A DNA stretch of 63,578 nucleotides, counting the filler, from Phoronis australis (taxonomy: Eukaryota > Animalia > Phoronida): NCBI GenBank assembly GCA_002633005.1. It is 6 parts of 6 records of this genome, joined end to end, with 100 filler letters (N's around TTAATTAATTAA, not from the genome) between each part and the next. Parts side by side here need not be neighbours in the genome. Positions count along the whole stretch, not along the records: positions 1 to 17,609 come from NMRA01000517.1; 5 more parts are not named here. One strand, written 5' to 3'. This document shows positions 1 to 10,972 of this stretch, one piece after another. Made by a program: the position numbers and the translations under genes. The first letter of the stretch is position 1; each line of letters starts with the position of its first letter. A model generated the notes under the pieces. It had not been told where the DNA came from and did not search any database. It saw only the letters and a list, made by a program, of their open reading frames with translations.

Positions 1-1199
1 TCCATACCCCACCGTTTACCTTAACCACTGGGGTTAGGACCAATCTTATTTAGTGGGAATGTTCATAGCATGTTTTCAGATTTTCACTGAAGCCATTTTC
101 GGCCAAATTTGGCACTCTGTAGCAGCCATGACGCACCTTTCCTGAAATTGACTTTGTAATAATTTGTTTAGTCATTCCCAACCTGTTCATAATCTAAAAT
201 AAAAAATCTTGCCTCTAATGTAGTTTTTGCGTACGAAGCATTACACGAACTGCACTTCGTCCTTTTGCATGTTCTCAGTTGCCTCTGCTGCCAATAGGGG
301 GCTCTTGGAACATATAATTAGTTTGCGAAACACGACATGAAAACCTTGTATTTTGGAGAAAAGGCAGACATCATTATTAATTTCCATTCTCTGAAAACGG
401 CATTGATGATGATTGCTTATTACAAAAAATATGTATCATAAATCAACTGGCATGCGTGGTTCTAGATGATAGATGGCGCTGCTTTTGTTTACTTGGAGAC
501 TGAAGACGCATCTAGAAAAAGAGCAGTAACACGAGGACCTTGCTATAATTCAAGACTTTGTGAGACATTGCTCTGCATTTTAAATGAGAACACATGGTTT
601 TGGATAAATTTTAGAGAGGTTCTAGTGTTTCTGAACTCACCCATGCCTTGTTTTCTATCTGCCTTGTTCATGCCACAGGCAAAGGCAGGCACCCAATTTG
701 GATATGGCCCCCTAGTTTTCAGTGCAAAAAATCATTCAACTTGTCGATAGTCATTGTAACTTTGGGTTCATATTGTAATGTCCCTGCTGGTTTCTACAAA
801 TTTTAGTCGCCACCAGTCACCAGAAATCTGGTGTTCCCCCCACACACCGGGCACCCAAACGCTGAATATTTCTGCCAGTGTGATCATCAGTTGTATAAAA
901 AGGTACACATTCACAGTCAATAGAAAATAATTCACGAGAGACAATGGCTCATTCATGACAGACATGAAGTAAACAGAAGTAACCGTCCCAACTTCATATA
1001 TCACACATCTGGTATGCTACAAAGCTAGGCCAAACGTTGAGCTCATTTACCACTTCATTCAGTAAATCTGACGATATAACAGCATCTTCAGCAGAAATTG
1101 CATCGTCATAAACATTGCTGCAGACAACCTCGAAAAAATCCACCAATATGCGATTCACTTAATTAATATCACAGGTAAACGCTTTACCAGTGGGTTCTC

Positions 1200-2247
1200 G
1201 TAATGGCACTTCCGAGGGTGAACATTTTTACCTGACTTATCTCCTTCATCGAATATGTTCGTCAGAAAGTTCTTAACCTTTGCTGAAAATCTTGTTGACA
1301 CTTTACCTTTTTTCAATGCCTAACCTATTTCTTCAGCATTCGTCTCATCCAAATAGTACTCTGATGACGCTCCGGTTTTTGCATCTGAAACCATTTCTGA
1401 CAACTGTCGTGCGATGTGGTCATACGTGGTTTCCCTCTGTAAATGTTCAGTGTGGTTACCCACATCCAAATGCTGACCTAGTTCTGCGTCTGTAGCAAAA
1501 TAATTCGAGTAACCTTGCTGGGTACAAGGGAACTTTGTTGGGGCTCTTCACTAGATACTCTTGGTGTTGAAAATCCGCCATGTCTAGAGATGTTAGAGTA
1601 TTTTAGAGATATAGGTTTCCCATTTCCTCAGTATTTGTACGGAACTTGCCGTCACCTACATGGAATGATTTCCACACGCGAATTCCTTGGGTGGAATAGT
1701 GGGAATTTGGGAATGTGCTTATACCAGGAACTGAGTATTTTGGAAAAGACTTTGTTGCATTGACTGAACATGCATACACATAACATCCCTTCGCACGGCC
1801 TCTGGAAAGTAATGCTTCTTTTAAATCCAGAAACTTTATGACATTGTTACCTTCGGCTACAAAGTACTTTGCATGTTGTTTGAGTGGAGCGATCTTGCGA
1901 TTTCAGAGATCCTGTCCATTCTGACTTTCACTAAAGTCATATCTCGAAACAGAAGTGCCGGTAGAATTTGACAAGGCTGCTACGTTCATGAGGAGAGGAG
2001 CAGAGTGGTAACATCCAGCATTACCTGACTCTTCCATGACTGGTCCTGTTCAGTCAAAAATTCACCGACTCTGGGTAGTACGAGTGCGTACTCTGGCACA
2101 GGCCTTGCTTTGTGAGGTAGTTTCCTGTATCTCAAATGTTCAGTTGTGTCTTTGACATAACTCACTAAAGCACAAAGCTTTTGTCATCGGATTTTTTGCA
2201 GAATAAACTCTAAAGGAACATGAAGGCCCATCGACATTGTTCACCAT
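1200..2247 (-). pseudogene. Degraded, internally deleted DNA transposase, probably Sola (Sola3-like) superfamily, with C-terminal C2H2-like region
   Basis: Manual minus-strand translation gives SGNAGCYHSAPLL (~2005-2028), RYDFSESQNGQDL*NRKIAPLKQH (~1880-1947), GIRVWKSFHVGDGK, then after a frameshift CTQQGYSNYFATDAELGQHLDVGNH and G*ALKKGKVSTRFSAKVKNFLTNIFDEGDKSGK. These match the SDNAGCYH / DFSxxQxGKxxCDR / GWALK motif set of an invertebrate transposase family I associate with Sola3. Multiple stops and frameshifts. Confidence 0.6.
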
Positions 2248-3250
2248 TTTGTCTTTTTAAAATGCACTTGCTTCTCTCAAAACCAGTCATTACAAATATC
2301 AATTCTTACTCGTTTAATCTTCAAGGCATTTATTTCCATTTAAAATTTCTAGAGTGTTTAAATTAACCTGATAATGTAAAAGAAATGAAAGAATACAAGA
2401 GGGTTACACGTACATTTTTTATATATCCTCAAGCTTAACCTCAACTGACTCCCTCAGTGGGCAAAGCTCATCGGGTTCAGGTTTGATACTAGCCGCATAA
2501 TAAACCCGGAAAACATCTTGTTTTCATTTGAAAGAGTTTAGACTTGGTTTCTATAACTATTTAAAGCAGACTTCTTGCCTAAAAGTTTGTTCAAATGGTC
2601 TGTAAACTCTGCTCGTCATTTCCAAACTATGAAAATAGACAGTTTTGCAAGACAATTTTCACTAAGGTGCAAAGTTGAGGCAAGATTTTTTATTGCTCAG
2701 TCATCAAGACTAACTCTTTAACTGTATGTTCAAAACGTCACAGAAGGCTACAAGGTGTTTTATGGCAGTAAGAAGGTCACAAAAATGGCCACTAAAATTA
2801 GCCCCAAAAAGTGGTCTGAGGATTATCTCCCCTGTCTAGCACAAAACTGTCAGATTTTAATGAATGGCACAGAATTATGTACAGTATGCGTTGGTTATTT
2901 CAGCCACCAAAATATAGCTTTTGATCTATTTTGTATGTTACTCATTTTTGTTGCTGAAAACATGCGATTTTTGAGACGGCTAATATGCCCAATTGTGCCA
3001 ATTTGTGTTATCATGCTCCAGCGGTGAAATTAGGGGTCATTGAGTGCACAAAATTTGGCACTTGGGCTTATGTTAGGATACCTACCCATATACAAAAAAA
3101 TGAAGTTGTTTTAAATTTTGACGTATAGACTGATTTTTGAAAATCTACTGGTTTTTATATTGACTGTCCCTTAATTTTTGATGTAGAAGACCAAGCTGGC
3201 TTAAAGCATGTTTTATATCTATTGTATTTTATCCCCTATAAATGAAGTTT

Positions 3251-3255
3251 ATTAC

Positions 3256-3294
<39 letters not shown>

Positions 3295-3330
3295 CATCAT
3301 CATCTTACTATTATTATCGTCATCGTCATC
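3251..3330. repeat. (ATT)n/(ATC)n/(GTC)n compound trinucleotide microsatellite
   Basis: Seen directly; it explains the poly-I/poly-S ORF 3242..3460. Confidence 0.95.
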
Positions 3331-3420
3331 TCCATACCCATTTATCTTTTCAGTCAATTTCGCTCTTGCAAGCGTTTTCATTGAGATATTTTCCGTATTG
3401 GCACTCTCACATTGCTTATA

Positions 3421-3690
3421 CCGTATTCGCCGTAATATTAGCGCCCTGAGTGCTTATTAAAAATCACTCCGGGAGGGGGCGCTTATTGTAGCCTAAAGCA
3501 GTCAAAACCCGGTCTACGAAACGGATGAAATCGAAAGCTAGGATTCATCAAATTTACGCTCTGCGAGGTATCTGTAACCTATGACATACTTTCCACAAAA
3601 CTGTGGTGCATTGTTATGAAACTTCATTGTTAAATTAGGATCCTTTATCAGAAAATTGTGGAAATCCCAGGGCGAAAACTCACAGACAAA
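3421..3690 (+). mobile_element. Truncated left end of the TA-flanked MITE seen full length at 43441-44917
   Basis: TA|CCGTATTCGCCGTAATA start followed by ~265 bp of clear similarity to 43441-43705. Confidence 0.85.
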
Positions 3691-4010
3691 TACATTGCTG
3701 TACCTGAGTGTTAAAAATGAATTTTGTGTTTATGTGGAATGTGAGACTTATTACGCTCATGGTCTGTCTGCTTTGACAGGAATCCTACTCAACACAAATT
3801 CATGAGCTTGTTGTACGATCCACATGAATCTCTTACGAAGTTCATACACTTGGCCATGAGGAGAGAGTGGCTTTGTGTGACACTACACCAGATCTGATAT
3901 ACTTGTTTTTTACCTTGTGTACCCAGTAATTTGTTTTGTACGATGAATATTTACAGTCATCCAGTTCAGTAATCATATGTAGGAAAATAAATTATTTACT
4001 GGACTTATGG

Positions 4011-4290
4011 TTTATTGAGATGGCGTCCTCCTCTCGAGGACTTCATCAGGCCAATGAGGTGTCACGTGACGAGTCATGTGATCCACAGCACAGTTTGCTC
4101 GGGATACTCTTTATAAGTGCCCTATCCCACATCCTTAGCAACAGAAACCTCAGTCCCCGTCTGTTTAGGCTAGGATTCTCAACTCTTTCATAAATTTCTT
4201 CCTTGACACCTCTCCTGAACCAATCTTCCTCTCTATCCAGAATCATGACATCATCCAGGGAGAAAGAGTGGTCTGTGGCGCCTATATGAC
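4011..4290 (-). mobile_element. Penelope-like retroelement 3' fragment (GIY-YIG endonuclease C-terminus and 3' end)
   Basis: Translation DHSFSLDDVMILDREEDWFRRGVKEEIYERVENPSLNRRGLR is the typical PLE GIY-YIG tail (ILDRExxWFxRGVKEAIY..PSLNR). It is followed by a CTGATGA hairpin and AATAAA. Confidence 0.85.
4020..4050 (-). ncRNA. Degenerate minimal hammerhead ribozyme motif of the Penelope-like element
   Basis: Minus strand reads CTGATGA-A-GTCCTC-GAGAG-GAGGAC-GCCA: a CUGAUGA box plus a perfect 6-bp stem II, but the required GAAA reads GCCA. Confidence 0.55.
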
Positions 4291-5768
4291 TAAAAAAAAC
4301 GTAGAATCATAGCAGTCCCCATAACTGGACCTATGATGTTAGTAGTATAGTAAGTCATTTAGGAGTCTTACTTTGCGGGTCTCGGTCAAAGGTCATCTAT
4401 GTGAAAGGAGGTCANTGCCTCTCACATATAAATAGAGTGCACCAAACACACCCAATATACATAGTATATGCACATTAAGTTCCTCCTGTGGTCTGATGGG
4501 TTCCATCATTTATAGAATATTTGAGGGTATGGTGTACTAAACACGGTTTCTTGGGCACACCCTATTGATAGACAATGTGTGTGCTTAACTGTATTCTCCT
4601 GGCTACCACACATAACCTGTTTAATGTTATTGCCTCACTTGCTCACTTATTTGGTTATGTCATTCAATAAGGTCTCTTTTCAACAGAAAAGTACACTGAG
4701 GTACATGTATATTTTTGATAAACGCTATTTGAATAAGGTGAAATTTTCACAAAAACATTCTAGTAGGCTGTTATTTAACTGATGACAAATGATAAGTCGG
4801 CAAACGTAAGTGACATAAATACTTGCCATGGGTTAAAGTGTGCAAATTTTCTGTGGGGAACTCCCAACAATTAATTTGAGTATACTGCCTTGTGTTTAAC
4901 AAAGGTAACACATAAGCTGCACACATTTAAGCAAGACATTTGGTGCCTTAAGGGCAGCATCTTCATCACTATTGCTCTCAAATTTGTTGTTCTTTGTTTA
5001 CAGAGTCACGATTTTCTGAAAATATTTCAAATGGCTAATGTTGATGTGGCGAGTTGGTTTGCCGAGGTGATGGCAACAACAGAGAGCCCTCTTGTGGACA
5101 GTCTACCAAACACCCCCAGGCACACCATTTGGTTCATCAAGATAGTAGGAGGTGCACAGCTGTTGGATTCCAATAGATCGCCCAATCAAATGCCAGCCTG
5201 CTGGTGAATCCAGGTCAAAGATTGAAAGATTGATGGGAAATCAGTCAAAGGCCGTGTGCAGTGTGGTGGTCAGATACCTGTGTGCAATAAAGACCAACAT
5301 AGGACAGATCCATGTTGGTATACCGGGGTGACACCTAGTGAATCTGTAGAGACATGCCAATGACAGTGTGTATTCGTGCAAATAACCGATATTCACTGCA
5401 GCCTCTACTGTTGACCCTGCACAGCTGCATTGTCCAATTCTGGCTCTATCAGTTTACTCTTGTGCCAACACTTGACGTCCATGGAGTTAAACTTACAGGA
5501 CACAAATCGTCTCGACTAAACTGTTGAACTGAACTGATTCTTAAACTGACCATTGCATTACCACTGGAAATGTCTTGATGTACATGTGTGTGAGACTCTG
5601 TTGCAGTGGCAGATCTACGTTTTCAGTAACAAGGTGTTTAGGATTCGCGCGAATCGGAGGCGTGTAGTCCCGAACGGGAGAGGGGGGGGTTGGATGGGGT
5701 TTTCCTCTCTCTGTACGATTCTTTCCCCTGTAGATCCGCCCCAGTGATGTAACTGCTACTACTAACCA

Positions 5769-6527
5769 GTGTGTGACACTCAGCCTGTCTCACTGTGGTG
5801 TGTGTGACACTCAGCCTGTCTCACTGTGGTGTGTGTGACACTCAGCCTGTCTCACTGTGGTGTGTGTGACACTCAGCCTGTCTCACTGTGGTGTGTGTGA
5901 CACTCAGCCTGTCTCACTGTGGTGTGTGTGACACTCAGCCTGTCTCACTGTGGTGTGTGTGACACTCAGCCTGTCTCACTGTGGTGTGTGTGACACTCAG
6001 CCTGTCTCACTGTGGTGTGTGTGACACTCAGCCTGTCTCACTGTGGTGTGTGTGACACTCAGCCTGTCTCACTGTGGTGTGTGTGACACTCAGCCTGTCT
6101 CACTGTGGTGTGTGTGACACTCAGCCTGTCTCACTGTGGTGTGTGTGACACTCAGCCTGTCTCACTGTGGTGTGTGTGACACTCAGCCTGTCTCACTGTG
6201 GTGTGTGTGACACTCAGCCTGTCTCACTGTGGTGTGTGTGACACTCAGCCTGTCTCACTGTGGTGTGTGTGACACTCAGCCTGTCTCACTGTGGTGTGTG
6301 TGACACTCAGCCTGTCTCACTGTGGTGTGTGTGACACTCAGCCTGTCTCACTGTGGTGTGTGTGACACTCAGCCTGTCTCACTGTGGTGTGTGTGACACT
6401 CAGCCTGTCTCACTGTGGTGTGTGTGACACTCAGCCTGTCTCACTGTGGTGTGTGTGACACTCAGCCTGTCTCACTGTGGTGTGTGTGACACTCAGCCTG
6501 TCTCACTGTGGTGTATGTGACACTCAG
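5769..6527. repeat. 31-bp minisatellite, ~24.5 nearly identical copies (GTGTGTGACACTCAGCCTGTCTCACTGTGGT)
   Basis: Period of 31 read directly; only the last unit shows a substitution. Confidence 0.97.
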
Positions 6528-8096
6528 TTCAACAACAGTTACTTGCTGTTTTATTCTGAACAAGATGACATCTGCCTGACATGTAATATGCAAGTCTAGT
6601 TAAGCCATAAATTCTGGTACAGTGATAAGTTGAGCACTGGTGATAAAGTCTGGTGGAGTGGTAGTTTTGTGAATCAAACAAACAATTCAGTACTCCTCTG
6701 TGTCACCATATGGGCTCAATTGATTGGTTGCTATGGCAAGATCAATTTCTCACCATACATGCTGGCAAGTTTGTGCCACTTTATGGGTTCCCATGACAAC
6801 ATCAGTTTCTCATTCTATCTCATAGTAAATAATCTTATTGGAGCATGAGCAAGGAGGCTGAGTTTACTGTATGGTGCTGTATGGCTGAGTTCACTGTATG
6901 GTACTATACCCAGTTCACTGTATTGTGCAATCATTTGAGAGGACATCTTTTCTCTCTGGGTAAACCTTGTGGTCTTATGGAACTTCTGTTTAATGACATG
7001 TAGAGAGTTGCGTAAGTCTGAGCTTTCCACCGATCTCTTGTTAAATTGGTGAATGTAAATTAAATTTTACTTGCAAATGTTTTGCAGTGTTGTGTTGATC
7101 TATCCTTATTTTCAAAACGAAGTGGTAACCGTTTTTAATGTATTTTTGTTAAGTCACTGTAGTCTATTGAAATATTGATTTTACCTAACTAGCATCAGAG
7201 TCCATCTTGGGCTCTTTACTGGCAGTGGTCTCTGTGTCACCTGGTCACCTATGGGTGGTGCCTGGCAGTTGTTGCATGTATCTGAATTTTCACTCCAGCC
7301 ATTATTTTCAAAACTAAAAGATCAGTTGTAATATGCTTTTAAATATCTGAAAACTTAGTTACTGAAGAAAATGACCAACTTCAGGAACAGACTAGAATCA
7401 AAGATTTTTTATGTGATAATGATCATTCTGCATGCTCTGTACCAGACCAAATGACCAGTCTTACTGCATGCTCTATGCCAGACCTAATGTCTCTTAAGGA
7501 GGTTGGCCCTTTTAGACTTAACGTGGCACATTTATGGGTTGGCGATCTGTCGTAAAACCTGTCAAACATGTTTGAGAACTAGGTGGGAACGTGCTTCAAA
7601 TCGTTCAACACCCTACGGAATGTTTTGGTCCATCAAAAGACAAGTGGGACGACAACGAACTCCCAAATGCAAGCTGATAGATATGACCAAGTGCCCTAGT
7701 TTTCAGCGAAATCTATTGGTAAGACCCGCACTCGGAATTTATGAACCTGATTTTCTAGAGAAAACAAAGCCACAAAATCAGAGTTGAACAAAGAGAGTGG
7801 TTACAGTCACCAGTTTAGCCACTGCATGCAGTCACTGTCAACTGGTGACCACGTGACATGCTAGAGGTTGTGTCCCGAGGAAGAGCCTAAGGTGGGCCCA
7901 AAGTTAGGTTCTCAAATTTAACCACCACTAGGGCTCGATATGTAAGGATCAACGGCACCAGTTAACAGTCATTATTTTCATGACCAAACCTCAAAGGGTT
8001 AAACCGATCAGCGCCATCTTGGGGGTAGGGGACGAGGCTAATTGTCGGGATGCCCACTACGAAGTCTGACTGGATTTTGTGTTTGACCTGTTGCTA

Positions 8097-8500
8097 GGTA
8101 CTTAAACTACACGGTCAACGGACTCACTAACACGGGCACGGACCCATGAACACGACTCACGGACCTGCAAGCACCGTCCACTGGCTCACAAACACGGGAA
8201 TTAACGGACTCGCAAAACACGATTCACGCACCCAAATCATGTACACGGGACTCATATTCACGAGGAAACACAGTTAACGGACCGCCAAACACGGGTCACG
8301 GACTCATCGGCTTCCTGGGTCAGCTGACATCTTCATTTTGTCCGTAAACCGTGTTTGGCGGTCCGTTAACCGCGTTTCCTCTTGAATATGAGTCCATGTC
8401 CCGTGTCATTTTGCCCGTTCCCGTGTTTGTGAGTCAGTGGACGGTGTTTGCAGGTCCGTAAGTCGTGTTTATGAGCCGTTGACCGTGTAGTTTAGGTACC
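8097..8500. mobile_element. Foldback-type MITE with ~200-bp imperfect inverted arms
   Basis: Ends are GGTACTTAAACTACACGGTCAACGG / CCGTTGACCGTGTAGTTTAGGTACC; inner arms are also inverted (GTTAACGGACCGCCAAACACGG / CCGTGTTTGGCGGTCCGTTAAC). No clean TSD. Confidence 0.85.
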
Positions 8501-8619
8501 TTGTGTTGTCGCTATGGCTCAGTGCCAGTCGTTCTGTACGGATAGTATACTGGGTACGTGATGTCAATGTGCAGGTAACATTAAATTTGCGGGTGGATTA
8601 AACTATTGCAGTACCTCCT

Positions 8620-10873
8620 AGTGACCATTCTGTTCTTGTCGAGGGCTTGTAAAATGCTCTTTGGGGCAGATCGTTTCTAAAGAATGGATTGAAGAATTCC
8701 ATTGAAGTTTACACACTGCAAGAAGTTTTTGCATTCCCAAAGCTCTTCGTTATCAAAGCTTTGATTGATGATATAATCTCTTATTTTCAAGTTTGGTGTT
8801 TTCCATAAGCTCGCTCATGGCGACGTTTCGAGTTTCGTTCCTCGTCCTCGGAGTCCCGTCGTCATTTTTCGTGAGACGAGTCGTGGCTGTGCCAGAAACA
8901 TCCTTGGAATTTGAACACTTTGTGCGACTGACGACAGAAACCGTCCACTGGAATACGACGTACGCTGACCCACCCTTTTTTCAACCCCGTTGAACTGATG
9001 ACGGATACTGATTCCTCGTTGCCACACTACGTAATCCAGCCAAGCCGTTGCCCGGGCCTTTCGCGCCTTAGGGTGGGAAAATTCTCGTTGGAAATTGTTT
9101 TCTTGCCTACGACGAATAAACGGTTCAGTCGGTTGCTCGTTCATGATACTGCGAAGGTAAAGGGCATTTACGTCGAAACCCAAAATCTTTGAGACGGTCT
9201 TTGGTATTTTTCCGCTTTCTCCATATCCCTCTGGCGTATAAACGTCTTTCCCTTTTCGTGGTATCCGTGGAAAACAATACTAGGACCTCCGACGATATTC
9301 TGTTTAAAGCTATAATACAAGTCTTTGTAATTTTCCTCAAAGAGCGTAAAGAAAACGTTACCGACATTTTTGAAGAGAATTTTCAGGGTCAGTCCGGGCA
9401 CGCTTATGCCATCCTTGAAGAGGTCGACGCCCTTTTCCCTGTAGAATGCCGCCATGGTATCGACGGCTTCCAGCATGGGTCCGGTGTCTTTGTTATTGTA
9501 CCATACCAAAAAGTCTTTCAGCTAGACTCTTCATGTTGTTGTCTTTCCATGCCCTCTGACAGAGGGCGTAATCGTCGTCACTTATCCCTCCCCTTTCAAA
9601 TTGCTGTAAAAAGCCGTTTGCGGTGGTAAAACTGTTTCCTCTAGTTTACCCAAGTTATCTATGTACTCGTAGGGAAAGAAACCTTTCTCTTCGGTCGTCT
9701 CGTACGCTTTCAAAAATTTTGCGTAGCTACAACCCGGGGCCAAGTAATTGACAATGTCAAGAAATTTAAGTTGGTCTGTTGTTAAGCACATAAAATTATT
9801 GTTGCGCTTAATCACGAACATCAATTCTTGCATGGATAAAAGTATTGGAAAAAACTTCTTCTTCATTGTATTCAGGTCGTAATTTCCCGAATTGAAACCA
9901 ACCGTCGGCATCTGTTTGAGGTAACGATCAACTCGGTGGCCTCAGGTCTAGCAGGAAGTGACGAGGAGGTTTATCTTCGATTTCCCCGTCTACGTCTACG
10001 TCATCTACCTCGACGTTGTCTGTTACATGTACATCCACTCGAACCCTTTCTTGAATTTCTTCAAAGACCCACGCAAACTTCTCTCTCAGTAGGCGGTATG
10101 CCTGGTCACTAACNATACCAAAAAGTCTTTCAGCTAGACTCTTCATGTTGTTGTCTTTCCATGCCCTCTGACAGAGGGCGTAATCGTCGTCGCTTATCCC
10201 CTCCCCTTTCAAATTGCTGTAAAAAGCCGTTTGCGGTGGTAAAACTGTTTCCTCTAGTTTACCCAAGTTATCTATGTACTCGTATAGGGAAAGAAACCTT
10301 TCTCTTCGGTCGTCTCGTACGCTTTCAAAAATTTTGCGTAGCTACAACCCGGGGCCAAGTGATTGACAATGTCGAGAAATTTAAGTTGGTCTGTTGTTAA
10401 GCACATAACATTATTGTTGCGCTTAATCACGAACATCAATTCTTGCATGGATAAAAGTGTTGGAAAAAACTTCTTCTTCATTGTATTCAGGTCGTAATTT
10501 CCCGAATTGAAACCAACCGTCGGCATCTGTTTGAGGTAACGATAAAACTCGGTGGCCTCGGGTCTAGCAGGAAGTGACGAGGAGATTTATCTTCGATTTC
10601 CCCGTCTTCGTCTACGTCATCTACCTCGACGTTGTCTGCTACATGTACATCCCCTCGAACCCTTTCTTGAATTTCTTCAAAGACCCACGCAAACTTCTCT
10701 CTCAGTAGGCGGTATGCCTGGTCACTAACGACGACAAGATGTTGAATCATTTTTCTCACCACTTCTTTGGGGTCACCGTTAGATAGAAAACACTTCGGAT
10801 CTTCAAACCCGTCGACGATACTGGCCACAGAAACGCTCACGATCTCGTGTTCTCTCTCCCAGGTTAGTTTAGG
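8620..10873 (-). pseudogene. pPolB: Protein-primed family B DNA polymerase (exonuclease region, palm motif A and Vsr-like insert), frameshifted and partly duplicated
   Basis: ExoII GFNSGNYD, KFLD, KGFFPYEY, LPPQTAFYSNL, ExoIII YNNKD, SVPGL, IVGGPSIVFH, motif A GFDVNALY, then HQFNGVEKRVG / VDGFC / FQGCFWHSH / EELWEC. Spread over ORFs 10487..10915, 10272..10526, 9928..10266, 9582..9911, 9168..9509 and 8815..9183. Confidence 0.92.
9503..10729. repeat. Direct duplication of ~612 bp of pPolB (9503-10113 and 10115-10729) joined by a single N
   Basis: Both copies begin ATACCAAAAAGTCTTTCAGC and end GGTCACTAAC; N at 10114; about a dozen substitutions and three small indels by eye. Confidence 0.95.
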
Positions 10874-10972
10874 ACTGGCTTCTAGTGGCCTCCACTGGCG
10901 TCCGCTGGCCTCCACTTGCCTCTACTGGCCAGTGGCCTCCACTGGCCTTCATTGACCTCCACTGGCCTCCAC
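10874..10972. repeat. Imperfect 10-bp tandem repeat (TGGCCTCCAC)n at the penton/pPolB junction
   Basis: About 10 degenerate units lying exactly between the truncated penton and truncated pPolB reading frames. Confidence 0.85.

Noticed and set aside
4990-5365. Possible exon or Cys-containing transposase tail after a splice-acceptor-like site
   Set aside because: All frames contain stops and the motifs are too weak to assign.
5769-6527. RSS heptamer (CACTGTG/CACAGTG) in every repeat unit
   Set aside because: No nonamer at 12/23 spacing and no RAG/Transib gene; a single 7-mer amplified by the array.
8097-8500. Foldback as the Polinton terminal inverted repeat
   Set aside because: It is self-contained with both arms local, lacks AG-type Polinton termini and has no partner beyond 11992.
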